Below, in pieces: positions 38,955 through 52,879 of a stretch of 64,000 bases of DNA. Source of the stretch: Camelus ferus (taxonomy: Eukaryota); the NCBI RefSeq assembly GCF_009834535.1, contig NC_045696.1:64420001-64484000 (forward strand). The letters run 5' to 3'. Both the position numbers and the translations under genes were made by a program. The notes beneath the pieces are model-generated. The model was not told the DNA's origin. It made no database searches and worked only from the letters and a program-made list of their open reading frames with translations. The first letter of the stretch is position 1; each line of letters begins with the position of its first letter.

Positions 38955-39382
38955 GATTAAACCCCTCTGTATTTATTAAGGTAATACTCATTCTCATTGG
39001 CTTAATACAGTAAAGGTATATTCCTCATTCGTGTAAGAATTCAATATGGGTGATGCTTGTGGGATGACTTGCTTGTGCAGAGATCCAGGAACTCTGTTCT
39101 CATGACTAAGTTCTCCTTTAAGTTCTAGGAGCCTCTCCATTCACCTAACAGATAGAGAAAGGGACTCTGGGAAAGCCACACTCACCTCTCTATATCCACC
39201 CACAAGAAGAGACACACATCACTTCCTCATGCTTCCCATTGGCAAGAACTAGCCAGATGCCTCCCATACCAGATGCACAGGAGCTGAAGCAGGAAATATC
39301 AGCCCAGGCTGGGCATCACTTCCTAGCGACAACCCTACACTATAAAGTAGTCTTTGGGGATTAATTATGCAGCTCTGCTACA
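38955..39382 (-). mobile_element. MLT1 (J-like) LTR
   Basis: attctcattggcttaatacagtaaaggtatattcctc...acacacatcacttcc...ccattggcaagaactag...ctctgctaca. Confidence 0.65.
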
Positions 39383-39609
39383 CCTTCTGATTCAGTTATG
39401 AACAAAAGGATTTACAACTAACTTTCAGAACCCAACCTATCTGCAAATAGAAAACTTCTGTGGTAAGTACTCAAAAATTGAAGCTATGACTCACAGCATT
39501 GAGTGCCTGTAAAATGACTAAAAGTAATTTTGAAAGGAACAGACTATAGTTTAAAGAAAAGAGAGGTGTTCTATTTTAGACTGTAAGTGTGTTAAGTCAA
39601 GCTTGGGTA

Positions 39610-40145
39610 ATGCGTGTGCCTGTTTTCTCTCCCTTTGAGAAACAGCTCCACCCTTATTCTGTAAATATTGTACTCAATTTATACAGTTAACGGAGGTGGG
39701 AGAAGGACTGACTAGAGTCCTTTCCCTACTTCTGGGCTTGAATATGACCCAGTCCTGGCCAATCAAGCAGCTTCATCCCTGTGGCCACAGTAAATTTTCA
39801 GAAATGAGCACATGACCTAAGCTGAGCCAATGAGAGCTCACTCTGGTGCCTTTTCTCCAGAGGCTTTTTCTCTGGGGCCATAATCTCTAAAGCCCATGTA
39901 AGCTGAAGCTGTTGACAGCCATTTTAATGCTACATGGAGATAGAATAAGAATGAAGCCAATCCAGAGAGCTGATGGCATTATCTGAATGCCTAAACAACC
40001 ATAAGCAAAGTCCACTACTTGAACTTTCTACTTATATGAGCCAATAAATTTCTCCACTTACACTTGTTATTTTCTCTGCTTAATTTGATTTGAATTATTT
40101 CTGGTTATAAAACCTTCAAAATTAAAAGTGTCCTAACTATGACAC
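39610..40145 (+). mobile_element. LTR33-like ERVL LTR
   Basis: atgacccagtcctggccaatca...ggccacagt...cacatgacctaagctgagccaatgaga...tgagccaataaattc...tcctaactatgaca. Confidence 0.6.
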
Positions 40146-41018
40146 TTGGTTTGAATTTGTCGTATCTTTTCATCCTGTTGCTATACTAAAACCTTTAATG
40201 GGCTCTTTAATTGCCCACAAGGCCAAATTGAATCTCTGATTCACTTTCAGAACCTTCCACAAAAAGGGCTCACCTTCCTAATCCAAGAACGTAAACCTTA
40301 GATGCCCAAGCACTTATTTCTCATATTGACATCCAGCTTTAGTCCATTTCTGTCTCAGCCTGTCTCAGCCTCTAAACTTCCACTTGTTAGCACAGCTCCC
40401 ATGGAGGCAACGGTAGTCAACATTACCTTCCGCACTCCTACCCCCCACAGCAGTTCAGTCCTTAGTATGCTACAGAACCCAGAAAGCACTCATCAGGTAC
40501 TTGTTGAATTACTTTTCCACAAAGGCATTTCTCTGGGAAGCAGACTTCTAAATTTTGAACAGTCTACATTTTTTTTCTGTTTGAGAGGAGAGTAACTATC
40601 TAACTAGACAATTTGGGGACTAAATTTACAGCTTGAACAAAGTGCTGAATTGACCAAAGACTTCTTGGAGGTCAGCATTAAGTTGACCTCTTTCTTTATT
40701 TCATTTTCAACACAGGTATAGCTCAGACAGCAATTCAGAGAGGGTTTCCCAGTAACTCATCTAAGTGATCTTCTCTTTTAAACGTGAAAAAAGAAATCGA
40801 GTTCTTCACAGATCAGCTATCCTGAAGCTGTTAAATACCTGTTCTTCATTATTCTTGATGGACTGTGGTGTATAGTATTTGTTGACTGAATAAATGATAT
40901 CTCCCTTCTGTTGAGTTCTTTCCTTCAACCCAGGATCTCATTAATTCCTGAAAAATATTAGAAAAAAATGTAAAATTAAGATGTAGTTCCTTACATCTTT
41001 AAGTATTTTTATAGTTTT

Positions 41019-41158
41019 GTTTTTGTTTGTTATTTTGGTGGGGGGAGGTAATTAGGTTTATTTATTTAATTTTTTTTTTAATGGAGGTACTAGGGATTGA
41101 ACCTAGGATCTCGTGCATGCTAAGCACGCACTCTACCACTGAGCTGTACCCTGCTTGC
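41019..41158 (-). mobile_element. vic-1-type SINE with 19-bp TSD
   Basis: gggaggtaattaggttt...ggaggtactagggattgaacctaggatctcgtgcatgctaagcacgcactctaccactgagct; TSD taagtattttt(a/g)tagtttt at 41000-41018 and 41159-41177. Confidence 0.92.
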
Positions 41159-43470
41159 TAAGTATTTTTGTAGTTTTTATTCACATTCCATCTTTTTAAC
41201 ATGCCCTCCAAAAAAATTTGTAGCTAAGAGGGAAAAATAACATAAATCTTTCAGAGGAAGAAACTAGGGCTCAGAGGTCCTAAAGGTCATACAGCTGGCA
41301 AACAACAGACCCAAGGTATCAGGCCTCCCGACCCAGATGTCTCACTTCCCACTCAATGCTCTACCCACTATATTGTCACATGCTTTGGGAGGAGACCAGG
41401 AAGGCAGCCCAATGTGATGATCAAGACTATGAAGTTGGACTGAAGTAGACATTGGTGAAAGTCCAGGGTGCTACTTACTACCATATAGCCTTGGACAAGT
41501 TACATGGTAGATTCAGTTTTCTACTCTGAAAGCGGGAATAACTCTACAACCTTCCAAGGAGATTGTGAAGATTGAATGACATACTGTCTGTGACTTGGTG
41601 AGAGCTTAGAAATCACTAGCTATTAAGGACAAAGTTGTTGGGGAAATGAGGAGTCAGGCAGGTGCAGAGAGTGGTCTGAAAACTGGACTGCGATCTCCAT
41701 TTGGATGAAATCAACTAGTTATCTCGTCTATTTAACACACTGTGAAGGGCTGCTACTGTGGGAAATGCTCCCTCTTTGGAGAACATTAAGAAGAAATTGC
41801 TGGCATTCACTGTCCCCCTCCATGGGTTTATCATTGAAAGATCCCTCAGTGAATATACAAGGGAACCCACCTGAGAAAACTCCGATTAAGATCCCCAAGG
41901 AGAGCAGTGGCAGGCTTAGAATCTGAGGGTGGAGGCGTTGGATCTCCACTAATCCCATGCCACCTGAAACTTCCTACTCACCAGGGAATTTCTTGCTAAA
42001 GTACTTGTTACACTCTCCCCACATGATGGCACTTTCTCCTTTAATGATCAGCTACACCAGTAGTTTTTCCCACCCCACTTTGTGGTGTGGTCAAGCCCTG
42101 GAACAAGCCAATGCCTTCCCCTGCCGTCACACCCCACTGGGAGCCTGATCCAGCTGGAAGTGACTTTTGACTTTTCATACTCTTCCAGTTCCAACCCCAA
42201 GCAAGCAAGACTTCTTCTTTTTTACCTCTTCAGATTTGCCTTCTGTACTTTTCTGAGGCCCTGCCTCTGCCCTGCTGACTGTCTCTGAGGATGTCCATTC
42301 TTTTTAGGGGAGACTCTGCTCTCTGTCTGAAGGGATGTGACCTTATCCTGAGGTCAGGGTGAAAAACATAAACTAAACCTTGTTACAATACCCATTCTTA
42401 GAGGAGACATTTTACTTCACGAAGACCATTAGTTAGTTGGTGGGATTACCATTTATCTTCACCAAGATGCTCCATGTGTCTCTCTTCACACTTGCCCTTC
42501 TGAAAGGCACACAGGCACCCTCCTAGACACACATCTACCTAGGCTATTCACGTGCTGTGGAGGGTTGAACTCTGCCCTCCAAAATGTAACCCAACAGTCT
42601 GTGAATCTGTAGTTTGCCTGTCTTGCAGGATTGTGGAGATTAGCAATAAAATGAGATAGTACACAATAAATCTAAAGCATTGTGTAAACTTAAAGTAATA
42701 TTATGATCCTAAACCTTTAGACACTTTCTAATCCTCCCCTCTCTTGGAAATAAAAGAGCATTGTCACAAGACAAATGTTCAGTTATCCACTGTGGAAACT
42801 GAACTTTGATCCCTCTTGAGTGTTCCACACATTTGTGAATGTCCACTCTTTGGTGATGTCCATTTATTTAATACTTTTGATCAATAACCTCATTTCTCTC
42901 CAGCATCCCTTTTACTAGGTTCTTTGATGGATTTAATTAAAGTAATACACCTTATGGAGTTATGAAACCAGGTGCTTGATGATGTCACTTCCTGGTTTGG
43001 GTACTTAGCTTCCCTTTCATAAAGTGGAAGGTAGGAGGGGCAGAGGGGGACTGGGAGGTATAATTTGCTTCTGCCCAATTCATAGTGGTATGAAGCTGAG
43101 TAAAGACTTGTTTGGCAAGTGTCTGAAATCCTCTAATTCCTATAATTATTTTAATTTTTAAAAATATTACATTAGCTTCAAAGCCAAGCGCTTTGTTTTG
43201 AGTGTCATAAAACCATCAGTTTGGGGAACAAACCCATTGCTAGTTAGGTCATTAGTAGAAAACATGAATTCTTACGCAGGCAAAAGGATGATTGGCTTTA
43301 ATGCAGGGATGGGGGAAGCTGGTAGTGGAGTAAGGTATAGGCCATGCTATTTAATGGTGAGCTTGCTGGACCAACAGCTAGTCCTTGAAATGAGGGAGGG
43401 ACTTGGGGCATGGAAACATGATGGCTGAGAGGAACTGTAATAAGTAGAATATATAAAGCACACAACTATG

Positions 43471-43613
43471 GCGGGGGAGGGTATAGCTCAAATGGTAGAG
43501 AGCCTGCTTAGCTTGCACTAGGTCCTGGGTTCAATCCCCAGTACCTCCACTGAAAAAGTAAAAAAATAAATAAACCTAATTACCTCCCCCCTGCAAACAA
43601 ACAAAAAAAAAAT
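43471..43613 (+). mobile_element. vic-1-type SINE with 16-bp TSD
   Basis: ggggagggtatagctcaaatggtagag...ggttcaatccccagtacctcc...aacctaattacctcccc + A tail; TSD tataaagcacacaact at 43452-43467 and 43614-43629. Confidence 0.93.
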
Positions 43614-44558
43614 TATAAAGCACACAACTGTGAAATAAAGGAGTCCCAGAGGAATTCGACTTTCTTGTGAAGGCTGCGGCTTATATATCTACTTTCTTTC
43701 TACATACCATCCCCCTGACCATAGCAACTTAATTATTGTACAAAACCAAGAAATACCCTCGAATGAGTGGTAGGGAAGCAATAAGGTTTCAATTTTATGA
43801 TATATAAATCCCCCAGCATCTTGTTTGGGGACATTGATATCTATATGTTCATTAAAAACTAGGGCCTAATAATTTTCTTCCATTTATCAAAAAATAACAT
43901 GACCTTTCAAAGATAGTTAAATTGAAATAACAAAGATAAAGCATAGTCTCCTTTCTCAGGGATGGCAAAATTGATTTTTGAAGTCAACAGTAGCTTCTGA
44001 AAGCAAAAGGCTTTGACTTGTATGGCAAAGTTTTCTGTGTGACTTCAGAGGAGTCTCTTGATCTCTCTGTTTCATCGGCAAATGTTTTAATGTCTTTGGA
44101 ATGAGTACTTGAACAAGCACTGAGTAATCGCTAGCTAAATAAAAGAGGTTTTGATGAGTGCTCTATATTTCCAGCCCAACTGAGCCACTCAATGTTTCTA
44201 TATACATCACACATTTCCCTGACTCCACACTTTTGCTTATGCCATGTCTTCCACGAGGAAGTCACCCTCCTAGTTTCCCTTGTCCTAATTCTGCTCATTC
44301 TCTAAGGACAAGGTCAACAGTCTTTTGTGTTTTCAGCTTTTCCTGATTTCTTTACCTGGAAATAACTCTTTCTTTCTCCAAACCCTCAAAGATAGCACTC
44401 GTTCTTTACCTCTCTTACGGATTTATAGGGCTTCATCTTTTTACATATTTATTTAAGTAAATGGCTTATGCCCTTCCTTCATCGGGCAGGGCCTGTGGAT
44501 GATTTATTGCAGAACTTGGCATGTGGTAAGCACTTAATAAATGTTTGCTGGGTAGATT

Positions 44559-44973
44559 TGTGATGGTCAGTGTCATGCGTCAAGTTGACTAGGCCATTGT
44601 CGCTAGTTATTTCATCAACCACTAATCAAGCTATTGCTGAGAAAATATTTTGTAGAAGTGGTTAATATTTATAATCAGTTGACTTTAAGGAGAGTATCCT
44701 CAATAATGTGGATGGGCCTTATCAAATTAGTTGAAGGGTCTTAAGAAGAAAAACAGAGTTTTCTAGAAGAAATCCTGCCTCAAGACTGCAGCATCAACTC
44801 CTGCTTGAATTTTCAGTCTGCCAGCCTTCCCTATAAATTTAGGACTTGCCCGCTTTTCAGGTTGTTTGGGTTTGTCAGCCCTCACAATCGCATAAGTCAA
44901 TTCCTTGAAATAAATCTCTTCTTGTATATATACGCTATAGGTTCTGTTTCTCTAGAGAACCCCGACTGATATA
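44559..44973 (+). mobile_element. MLT2 (D-like) ERVL solo LTR
   Basis: tgtgatggtcagtgtcatgcgtcaagttgactaggcca...ggttctgtttctctagagaaccccgactgatata. Confidence 0.85.
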
Positions 44974-46607
44974 GCTGGAGAGGTTAATTGTAGCACAATA
45001 TATCCAGTTTATCATTTTAATTAAGTGACTTACCAAATAAATGTCATCTATATCCATAAAGACAATTCTTCTCCAATTGAAATTTTCTTCTCAACCTGGG
45101 GGAAAAAATTAAGTGACTTACATGAAATGTAAGCTCCAAGGGGACACAGATGGCCTTGCCTTTGTTCACTGCTGTATCCCCAGTGCCTAGGACAGTGCCT
45201 GACCCATAAGACACATTCAAGAAATAATTGCTGAAATGAAGGAATAAAAAAGACAGCCTTATGGAAAATACCATTTTTGGTTATGCAGTAGGATGGAACT
45301 TGCCATCGCATACTTTGTCCCTTGCGCTGACATGTGTGGCAGGAAAGATCCCAGTCCTGTCATTCTATGTTTTCCCATAGGCGAGTCACTTCCCTTCTTT
45401 GTACCTCATCTTTCTCATGTGAACAACTAAGATTTTGATCTGGTAAAATTCTGAACTCCCTCTTGCCCTTCTTTAATATCTGTGATGTGTATGTATGGCT
45501 ATAATAGCCTTCATTTTGCATCTATTTTTGTCATCATACACATTTCAATATTATTTATTGTGTGAGGATTGTTATTTCTTTCATGACTCATGTTATCATC
45601 ACTTACTACTCGAGATTTATAAATTTGCTCTTTTCCAAAGAACTCAAAAGAAAACTTCAGCTTAGATTTCTGGGACCAGACTTCTTTTACATCTTGGTTG
45701 TAAAGAAATAAAAAGACTCCTTAAGGCTTTTTACCAAAACAACAATTCCTTGTCTTCAAGTGCTTTATAAGCTAGTTGTAAAGGCCCATATATAGATTCA
45801 CCCTGCACCTGGGCTTCAGAACATCAGACCTTGGCTTCTAATTTTAGGGCCAGAAAATTATTTTATAACTGTTTTGTAACCTCTTGTAAATGCTTCCCGG
45901 GGTATTTTCTTTGGGTACCTTTGTTCCCTCTCATCCTGTGGGGAGGATTTCTGGGGTCTGAACATACTTGCTGAGCCCAGAGGCCATAGATCCACGCCCC
46001 AGGGCCAAGCAGGGGCCGTATCAGGCTTTGCGGCATCCCCCACCAGCCGAGAAGAGGCTGTTAGCCAAGGTATGCCAAGAAGGGGGTCTTAATGCACTTA
46101 CAGGTTCTCCTCTCTTGATTTCAGGCTAATTCTTTTAGAGCTAAGACCCTAAAAACAAATTCTTAGGACATCCAACTATGGAGTGTCAAGCTATACAGGG
46201 CAAGACTAGGGGAAAATAAATACACAAAATGTGTTAGAAATTGGACTGAGCACAAGATTGCTTTGTTCATCTTTTCATGTCAGAGTTGCAGTCTCAGAAT
46301 GCCACACTTGGATGACAGACACCTTATTCTATCCATTTACACTGAGGAAAAGGAGTTTCAGAAGAGAGAAGGTTCCTCTGACCGTGGAATTAACCAACGG
46401 CAAAACCCAGATTTAAATCAGTCTCCTGACTGCCAGCCCTTTACTTTTATCTGAATTTATTTATTCATAATGCATATCTATATGCCTCCACCTCCCCCTA
46501 AAAAAATTCTGAGGCAAATCACAATAAAATGCACATACTTATATCCCCAGGGTAGCTTAAATAGATACGAATCATCAAAAATTAAATAGAGTAAGGGGGC
46601 TGCGGTA

Positions 46608-46680
46608 TTTTTTCTTTTCTTTCTTTTCTCCTTTCTTTTTTATATTTCTTTTCTTCCTTTTTCTTTTTTCTTTGGTTTTC
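46608..46680. repeat. CT-rich low-complexity tract
   Basis: (CTTTT)-like run. Confidence 0.85.
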
Positions 46681-47519
46681 CACTAGACTATACAGAAGTG
46701 CTGGGGAATTATTTAAGAGGTTGGGGTTTTGGGTTTTTGTTTTTGTTTTTGTTTTTTCTTCTTAAAACTACTAACAGGGAAAGCAGAATCAGAAGACATG
46801 GTCCAGGAAGTATATTTATGGTTGTGTGTGATAATGTTGTCAGAGCTGAAGAAATGTCAGCATTTCCCTCAAATGTCCTCTCTCCAGGTTTTGCAACTTG
46901 GAATTTAAAATGAGCTTTGGACCACAACTCAAGACATCGGGTCTCAGATCAGGGGAAACAGCTCCTTCTATTCATGTACGGTGCTGGGCATAGTTGGGGG
47001 TGCAGGGGAAGCTAAGTTTTTCAGATAAACTCGTTACAGTGCAGGACCTAGAGAATCATTTTTTGACTAGCTTTAGTAAACAAAGCAGGCATCACTACCA
47101 TTCCCTGCTCAATTTTATAGATCTGCTCAGAGAGCCAGCTTCTAGCATTCTAAAAGGAGCGTGTAAATAAAAGTGTTTGGGAAGTATCTCTCTTTTCTTT
47201 TTCCTGAGAGCTTCTCTGAATGTGATTTGGGGTGTGTGGAATATGGTTGTATGATGTGTGTGGCATTTGTCTGTACTACAGAATTTCTTTGTATGGGGTG
47301 GAATAAAATTGCCTGTTAGATCAGACAGTAGGAAAGCCAGAAACAACGAAATACAGAGATATTTTAAGACTAGAAAAAGAAAAAGACACAATCCTTGATC
47401 TTGAGAACTTATGTGAAAATGGATATAAAACACCTTGTGTTTAGAGTGCAGAACACAGTTCTGTCTTGAAGTGGATCTTTAAAGGAAACGTTCTCAGTTA
47501 TTATTTTATCTGAAAAAGA

Positions 47520-47790
47520 ATCACAGAGTCATAGCTTCTCAGAGCTGAAAGGCACCTCAGGGGTCAAAGTCTAAGCTCTTTACCAACTCCGGAACCTCCT
47601 CTGGCATAACCCTGACAGATGGATAACGGCGCTCTGAACACCACCCGAGATGGGGAGTTTATTAAGGCAGCATATTCCGTGCAGAGTGGCTCGCATTGAT
47701 AGAGAATGCTTCTGTATCCTGGGCTGAAGCCCGAATTTCTGCAACTGCCACCCGTCTCTTCTAGTCCCATCCTCTATTGCCACCCAGAAA
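47520..47790 (-). mobile_element. L3/CR1 3' fragment
   Basis: agagctgaaaggcacctcag...ccctgacagatgg...tgaacaccacc..gatggggag..aaggcagc matches antisense CR1/L3. Confidence 0.65.
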
Positions 47791-48682
47791 AATAGATAAA
47801 TTCATTTCCCTTGTGAGGCTCTTCATTTAACTGCTCACAGCAAACCAAACTGAACACCTCCAGTCTTCACTGAGAAGGTACTGTGGGTCCCCTCAGGATG
47901 GGACCCAAGGTACATACAAGACAGAATGTGGATTGGTGTAGAGGACCTAGAGCTTGGCCTCTTGGCAAGTTTAAGAGCTAGAAGGGGACGGATGGTGCAG
48001 TGCCAAGGGATTGGTAAGAGTTTCCCCACAGCAGTCAATGAGGTTAAGACATTTGCAAAGAAAGAGGATTTCTAGGGCAATTAATCCATTTGCTTTTTCT
48101 GGCCTGAGGTATAGAGGTCAAGTAGACTGGCGGTTTCCCCAAATGATGATGTATTGAATATTGAGACTTAATTTTTTGTAAGTTATTTTGTCATCAAGTT
48201 TATTCAACAAAGGGCCTGAGCTCTGATTTTACAATAGAGGAGAAAGAAAAGGTTTTATTTGCCATGATTCGTGGTTTGGAACATGATTCGAGCTCTAGGA
48301 GCAGACTGGGTAGGTGAAATGCTAGGTAGAGTGTATAGCTCTGGAAAACGCGAGAGACTGGTGGTGTTTTTCTGGATTCCCAACGGTTGCTGACAGCAGA
48401 GTCAGTGAGGTTTGATGGGAAGAACCTGGGTCGTAAATCAAAGACTTGAGTTTGGGGCCTGAGCCAGCCACCTGGTTCATTCATTTACTCCTTCATTTAT
48501 CAGACTTGGATTGAACACTGACTATATGCCAGACACATCTGCGATCAAGAGATCACAGTCTTTGCCCACACGGAGAATACATTTGTGTGAGGGAGGCGAA
48601 CAAGTGAAAAAGGCAGCTACAACGAAGTGTAAGCATGGTGATCAAGTCCAAAGGCAAAGAGTCTGTAAGGAGCCTTCAGGAC

Positions 48683-48683
<1 letters not shown>

Positions 48684-48714
<31 letters not shown>
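48684..48714. repeat. (TG)n microsatellite
   Basis: Perfect TG run. Confidence 0.97.
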
Positions 48715-48719
<5 letters not shown>

Positions 48720-51700
48720 GTTCAGGAAAAGCTCTTTGCAGGAGATCATAACTAAATAGAGAGCTGATGGATGACAATTACTAGCTGGTGACTTCACAAA
48801 CATCACCATCTCTCACTTCCTTATCTCTAAAATTGGAATAATAATAGCAATCCAACCTGCTTTATTCGGTGAGAGGTTTTGAGGATCTGATAAACAGATT
48901 TAAGTGATGTGCTTTGTTGAACTGTAAAGTGCTCTGTCATTGTAAGGAAGACAATTGTTCATAATTGTTATCAGATACTGTTGTCTCCCATCTTAGGGTC
49001 CATTTTCTTCTTCCCGCAGGTACAGATTTGGCTCCCCTGAGCAGGCAGGAGCAGAGAATACTAGGACAGATTTGGGTGCAGAGATTTATATTGCTGTGTC
49101 TCTCCGGAGCTGGACCAACCAGGCCGCAGGGCTATTAGGGCACAAGGTGGAAGGAGAGGATAAAACAAGGCCCTGTGAACCTTGTGAGTGTCAGAGGGGG
49201 TGGGCTCCCCTCTGGGGTCACCTTGTTAGAACTGAACAGACTGAGCCATGACTTATCCACCCTTCCCTGGAGACCTCACTAACCGTTCACCTGTCTACTC
49301 TCACCAGAGATAAAATTGCCGGTTTGCCCCAAACAGGATCATGTGCACCTGAACACCCTGTGAGCTGCCCAGGAGACTCAGCTCTAGTCATGGTGGTCCA
49401 CCTACTAGCGAGAGGCAAAAGCTGTAGCTAAGTAATTCCAAATGTCAGAAATCCCTGGTTTATCGAGATTTACACTTTCGAGATCAATGAGTCCATTTTG
49501 CCCAAGGGCCACTCTCCTCTTTTGGTTTTATTACGATGCTGGTCCAATTTCATGGCATTTCCCACACCCCCTCTGGTGGTCTGAAAACAGAATAAATATT
49601 TACTAAATTTTGAAGTTAGTATGAGAAATAGAAACAGCACTGTCTCTACTATTTAGGCAAGCCTCCTTGCCTTTTCTGTGTCCCAGTTCCCCATCTGCGA
49701 ATGGAATTTATCCCCCAAGTCCCATCCACCATCAACATTCCCCATGCCTATGGTGTTTGCCTCTCTTTTTTTCTGCCTCCATTTTCAAATCATAAGAAGC
49801 TTGGGCTACTTCCATGTGTTAGACTTTTATTGAAAATCCAGCTGCCCCCAAAGACCAGATCCTGTAGCCTGGGCTGCTCTTTCATCCCTGTCAGACCAGA
49901 GAATCTTTGTTTAAAATCATAGTTTGTTAATCCGTCCTGTGGATGTGGAGCTTGCTATTTTTAATACACGTGCTGCACAGCCCAGTTTTCATGGCTGAGA
50001 GTTTGCCACAGAACTTCAGAGCTGTATTTAAAAACAAACAGCCCCAGGGAAGCAAGCAGAGGGCTTCTTTCACAAGCTAATACCTTTTGGGAGTGGGAAA
50101 GGGAAGGGGCAAGTTCTGCCTGTAAGGGGGACAGTAGTTTGGAAAGGCAGCAAGTTTCTTTGGTCTGTTTGATGCTGCAGGAGGAAGTAAAGGAACAACT
50201 GACTTTAGTGCTCATTTAGATGGTAGACTCCATTGACCTCTCCTGAATCATTTGTCAAAACTCTAGACATGCACACTTTTATTGCAAGACTGAGAGACTC
50301 CTGTGATATCCTCTAATAATTATTCTCTTTCTCTTTCTCTTCATTTGCCTCTCCATATCCCTTCCTTCTTTTTGGCTGTGTAACATACACAGGGAAAAAA
50401 AGGCACAAAGATAGAAGCACTTAACTAAACTTAAGCAGAAATATCTACATTTATAACAACTTAAGTGATTGTTGGGAAACCGTAGATAGCTTATGTTGAG
50501 ATATTTCATTGTAGCAAAAAAAAAAGTCACTTAAATGCTGGCTTCCTGGATTTTGAGACATGGTATTAATTTGTTCATTTATTCATTCAAACATATTAAT
50601 TGAGGTCATAAGATGAGCCAGGAAATGTATTAAATGCAGTGTTTATGAAGGTGAAGGGACATAGCACTTGTCCTTGAGGACCTCATAGTCTACTGTGAGG
50701 TTAAAAAGTCTCCCAAGAGACTAATTCAAGAAATTATGGTCTGATCCTCTTTCTCTATTTTGCCAGTTGGACAAGGGATATTTACATCATCTTATCAGAG
50801 TCCTCTAAGAGCATCTAAAAGGTATTTAGTTCACTATTCAGGACATTCTCTAAATATATAAGCTCATTAAAAGTCAATGATTCAGAGAATTCTGATCTGG
50901 CTGATGGAAAGTGAACAGAAAATGTAGAAAAACAGAGAGACCATTTGTTGACTCAGTTATTCAAAACATCCAAGACCAAGGGCTGAGGCACAGTAAGACA
51001 CAATTTCTGCTAACTACCTGTTTTATCTCTATGAAAGTTCGTATCACAAGGGAGGAGCATTGCCTCATTCACACTTTTGGAAATTAACAAAGAAAAAGTG
51101 TCTTGACTTTTTTGCCTGAATTCTTTCAAACTGTATTAGGTTGGAGGTTGTTGCTTGCACAGGTAAATCAGGATCATTTTGATTCAGAAAATGACTGTGC
51201 CTCAGCCAGCTCTGTCACAGATGCCTGCCATTGATCATGACAGAAGTACTGACAGATGGGAGTGGTTGGGTTTGTGTTGAAGTTCCAACCACTTGCATAG
51301 CTTATACTACTGCCCAGTTGATGGTAATACTCTCTCAGATGAGGAGTCAGGGCAGCATAGCAGACCTGCAAAACCAGAGATTTTAAATAGCTGCCCCCGT
51401 CAGTCTGCCAGATTTCATCTGGACGTATATCCTCCGTTTTTAATATTGAGTGGGTGAGAAAGCTTGTTTCAAGAGAAGGAAACCAAAAGTAAAAGAAATT
51501 GATTGGTTATGCCAAAGTTCTTTCCTCGTCACTTGATTCAATAAACTTTGAGGACCTTGGTGCAGGGACAGATGCTGGGGGAAATCTGAAGATGAGTAAG
51601 TTGTAGTCCTTATCCTAAGGAAACTCATAGTTTGAAACTTGCATTAACAGTGATAAAATAAGGTCAAAGCTCATCAGAGTCATGTGGAAGTTTCTGAAAG

Positions 51701-52879
51701 GGTTCAGTGGAGGTTCTAAGGAGGGACATGTTGCCACCAGCTTGGGGGAGGGTCTTAGGGAAGGCTTTCTGGAAAAGGTATGTATGGAATTGGCTTTGGT
51801 GTAAAGTTGAGAAGGGAGTAAGGACGAGGAACAATCCAGGAGGATGTCAGTGGCTAGATCTGTGTTTTGTAAAAGTCACCATGGCAACAATGTGGAGAAT
51901 AGATTGGAAAGAATTAAGTTTATAACAGCAACAATAGTAGCAGCTAACATTTGATTAAGTACTTATTATGTCAGACATTGCATTAAGTGCTTGACCCACT
52001 TTATTTCATGTAATCCTTAAAACAACGGATGAGTCAGGAATTATCATCTCCATTTTATAGGGAAAGGCATGACAGTGTCTGGGCTAACAAAAGAGTTTGT
52101 ATCCTTGGCCATTAGAACCTAGGTAAGAAAAAGCTCCAATCTTATATCAGGGACTGCGGGGTAGAGACAAGTTGGATTTCGGAGAATTAGAGAGGAAGAT
52201 GACCTTTTTTTTTCTAAGAACCAATAGGCCTCCTAAGTTTTTAAGTCAAAAGCCTCGTAAACACCAAAAACTCCTCTGAGATCCTATTCTGTCTAAAGGA
52301 CCATGATTTAGGTGGAATCTGCCTTTTCAAGTGAGTATGACTCCAACTCAGGAATCACATCATTTGGTTTATCACCGTTCACCCAGATTCTGGCACTCTG
52401 CTCAAATTGTATTTGCTGAGTAAGAGAATTTCACCTAGTCATTCAACGTTCATTGGAACCTGGGGCAATTCATTGTTTCCCCTCCCCTACACCCACACTT
52501 TAGTTTTCCTATCTTTATATGAGAGCAGGCTGGACCTCATTAAGTCATTATGTTAAGTTTAATAAGCTGTTATCCAGGAAAATTAATTACCTAGGGCAAA
52601 GGTAGGGGTACTTTAGAGGCCAATGGGAGTGTCTGTAGCGGACGGGGTGGGCACTCAGTTTTGTGTGTGTGTGTGTTTGATACGCTTACTTCTATCGTGT
52701 TTGGCAATCTGTGAAAAAAAAGAGCAGAAGATTGTTTTTACATTCCTTAAGGCTGTTTACTTCACCATCTAAAGGCACTGGAGTTCTTGAGACGGAAAGG
52801 CTCCCATCGGGATGCCCTCGCTCAGGACACCGCCCTTAAAATCAGACGGAGGAAGACTCTTTCCTCAACGCGCTTGGCA

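Noticed and set aside
43471..43550. tRNA-like sequences (also at 27928, 41090 and 11350)
   Set aside because: These are SINE heads with tails and TSDs, not tRNA genes.
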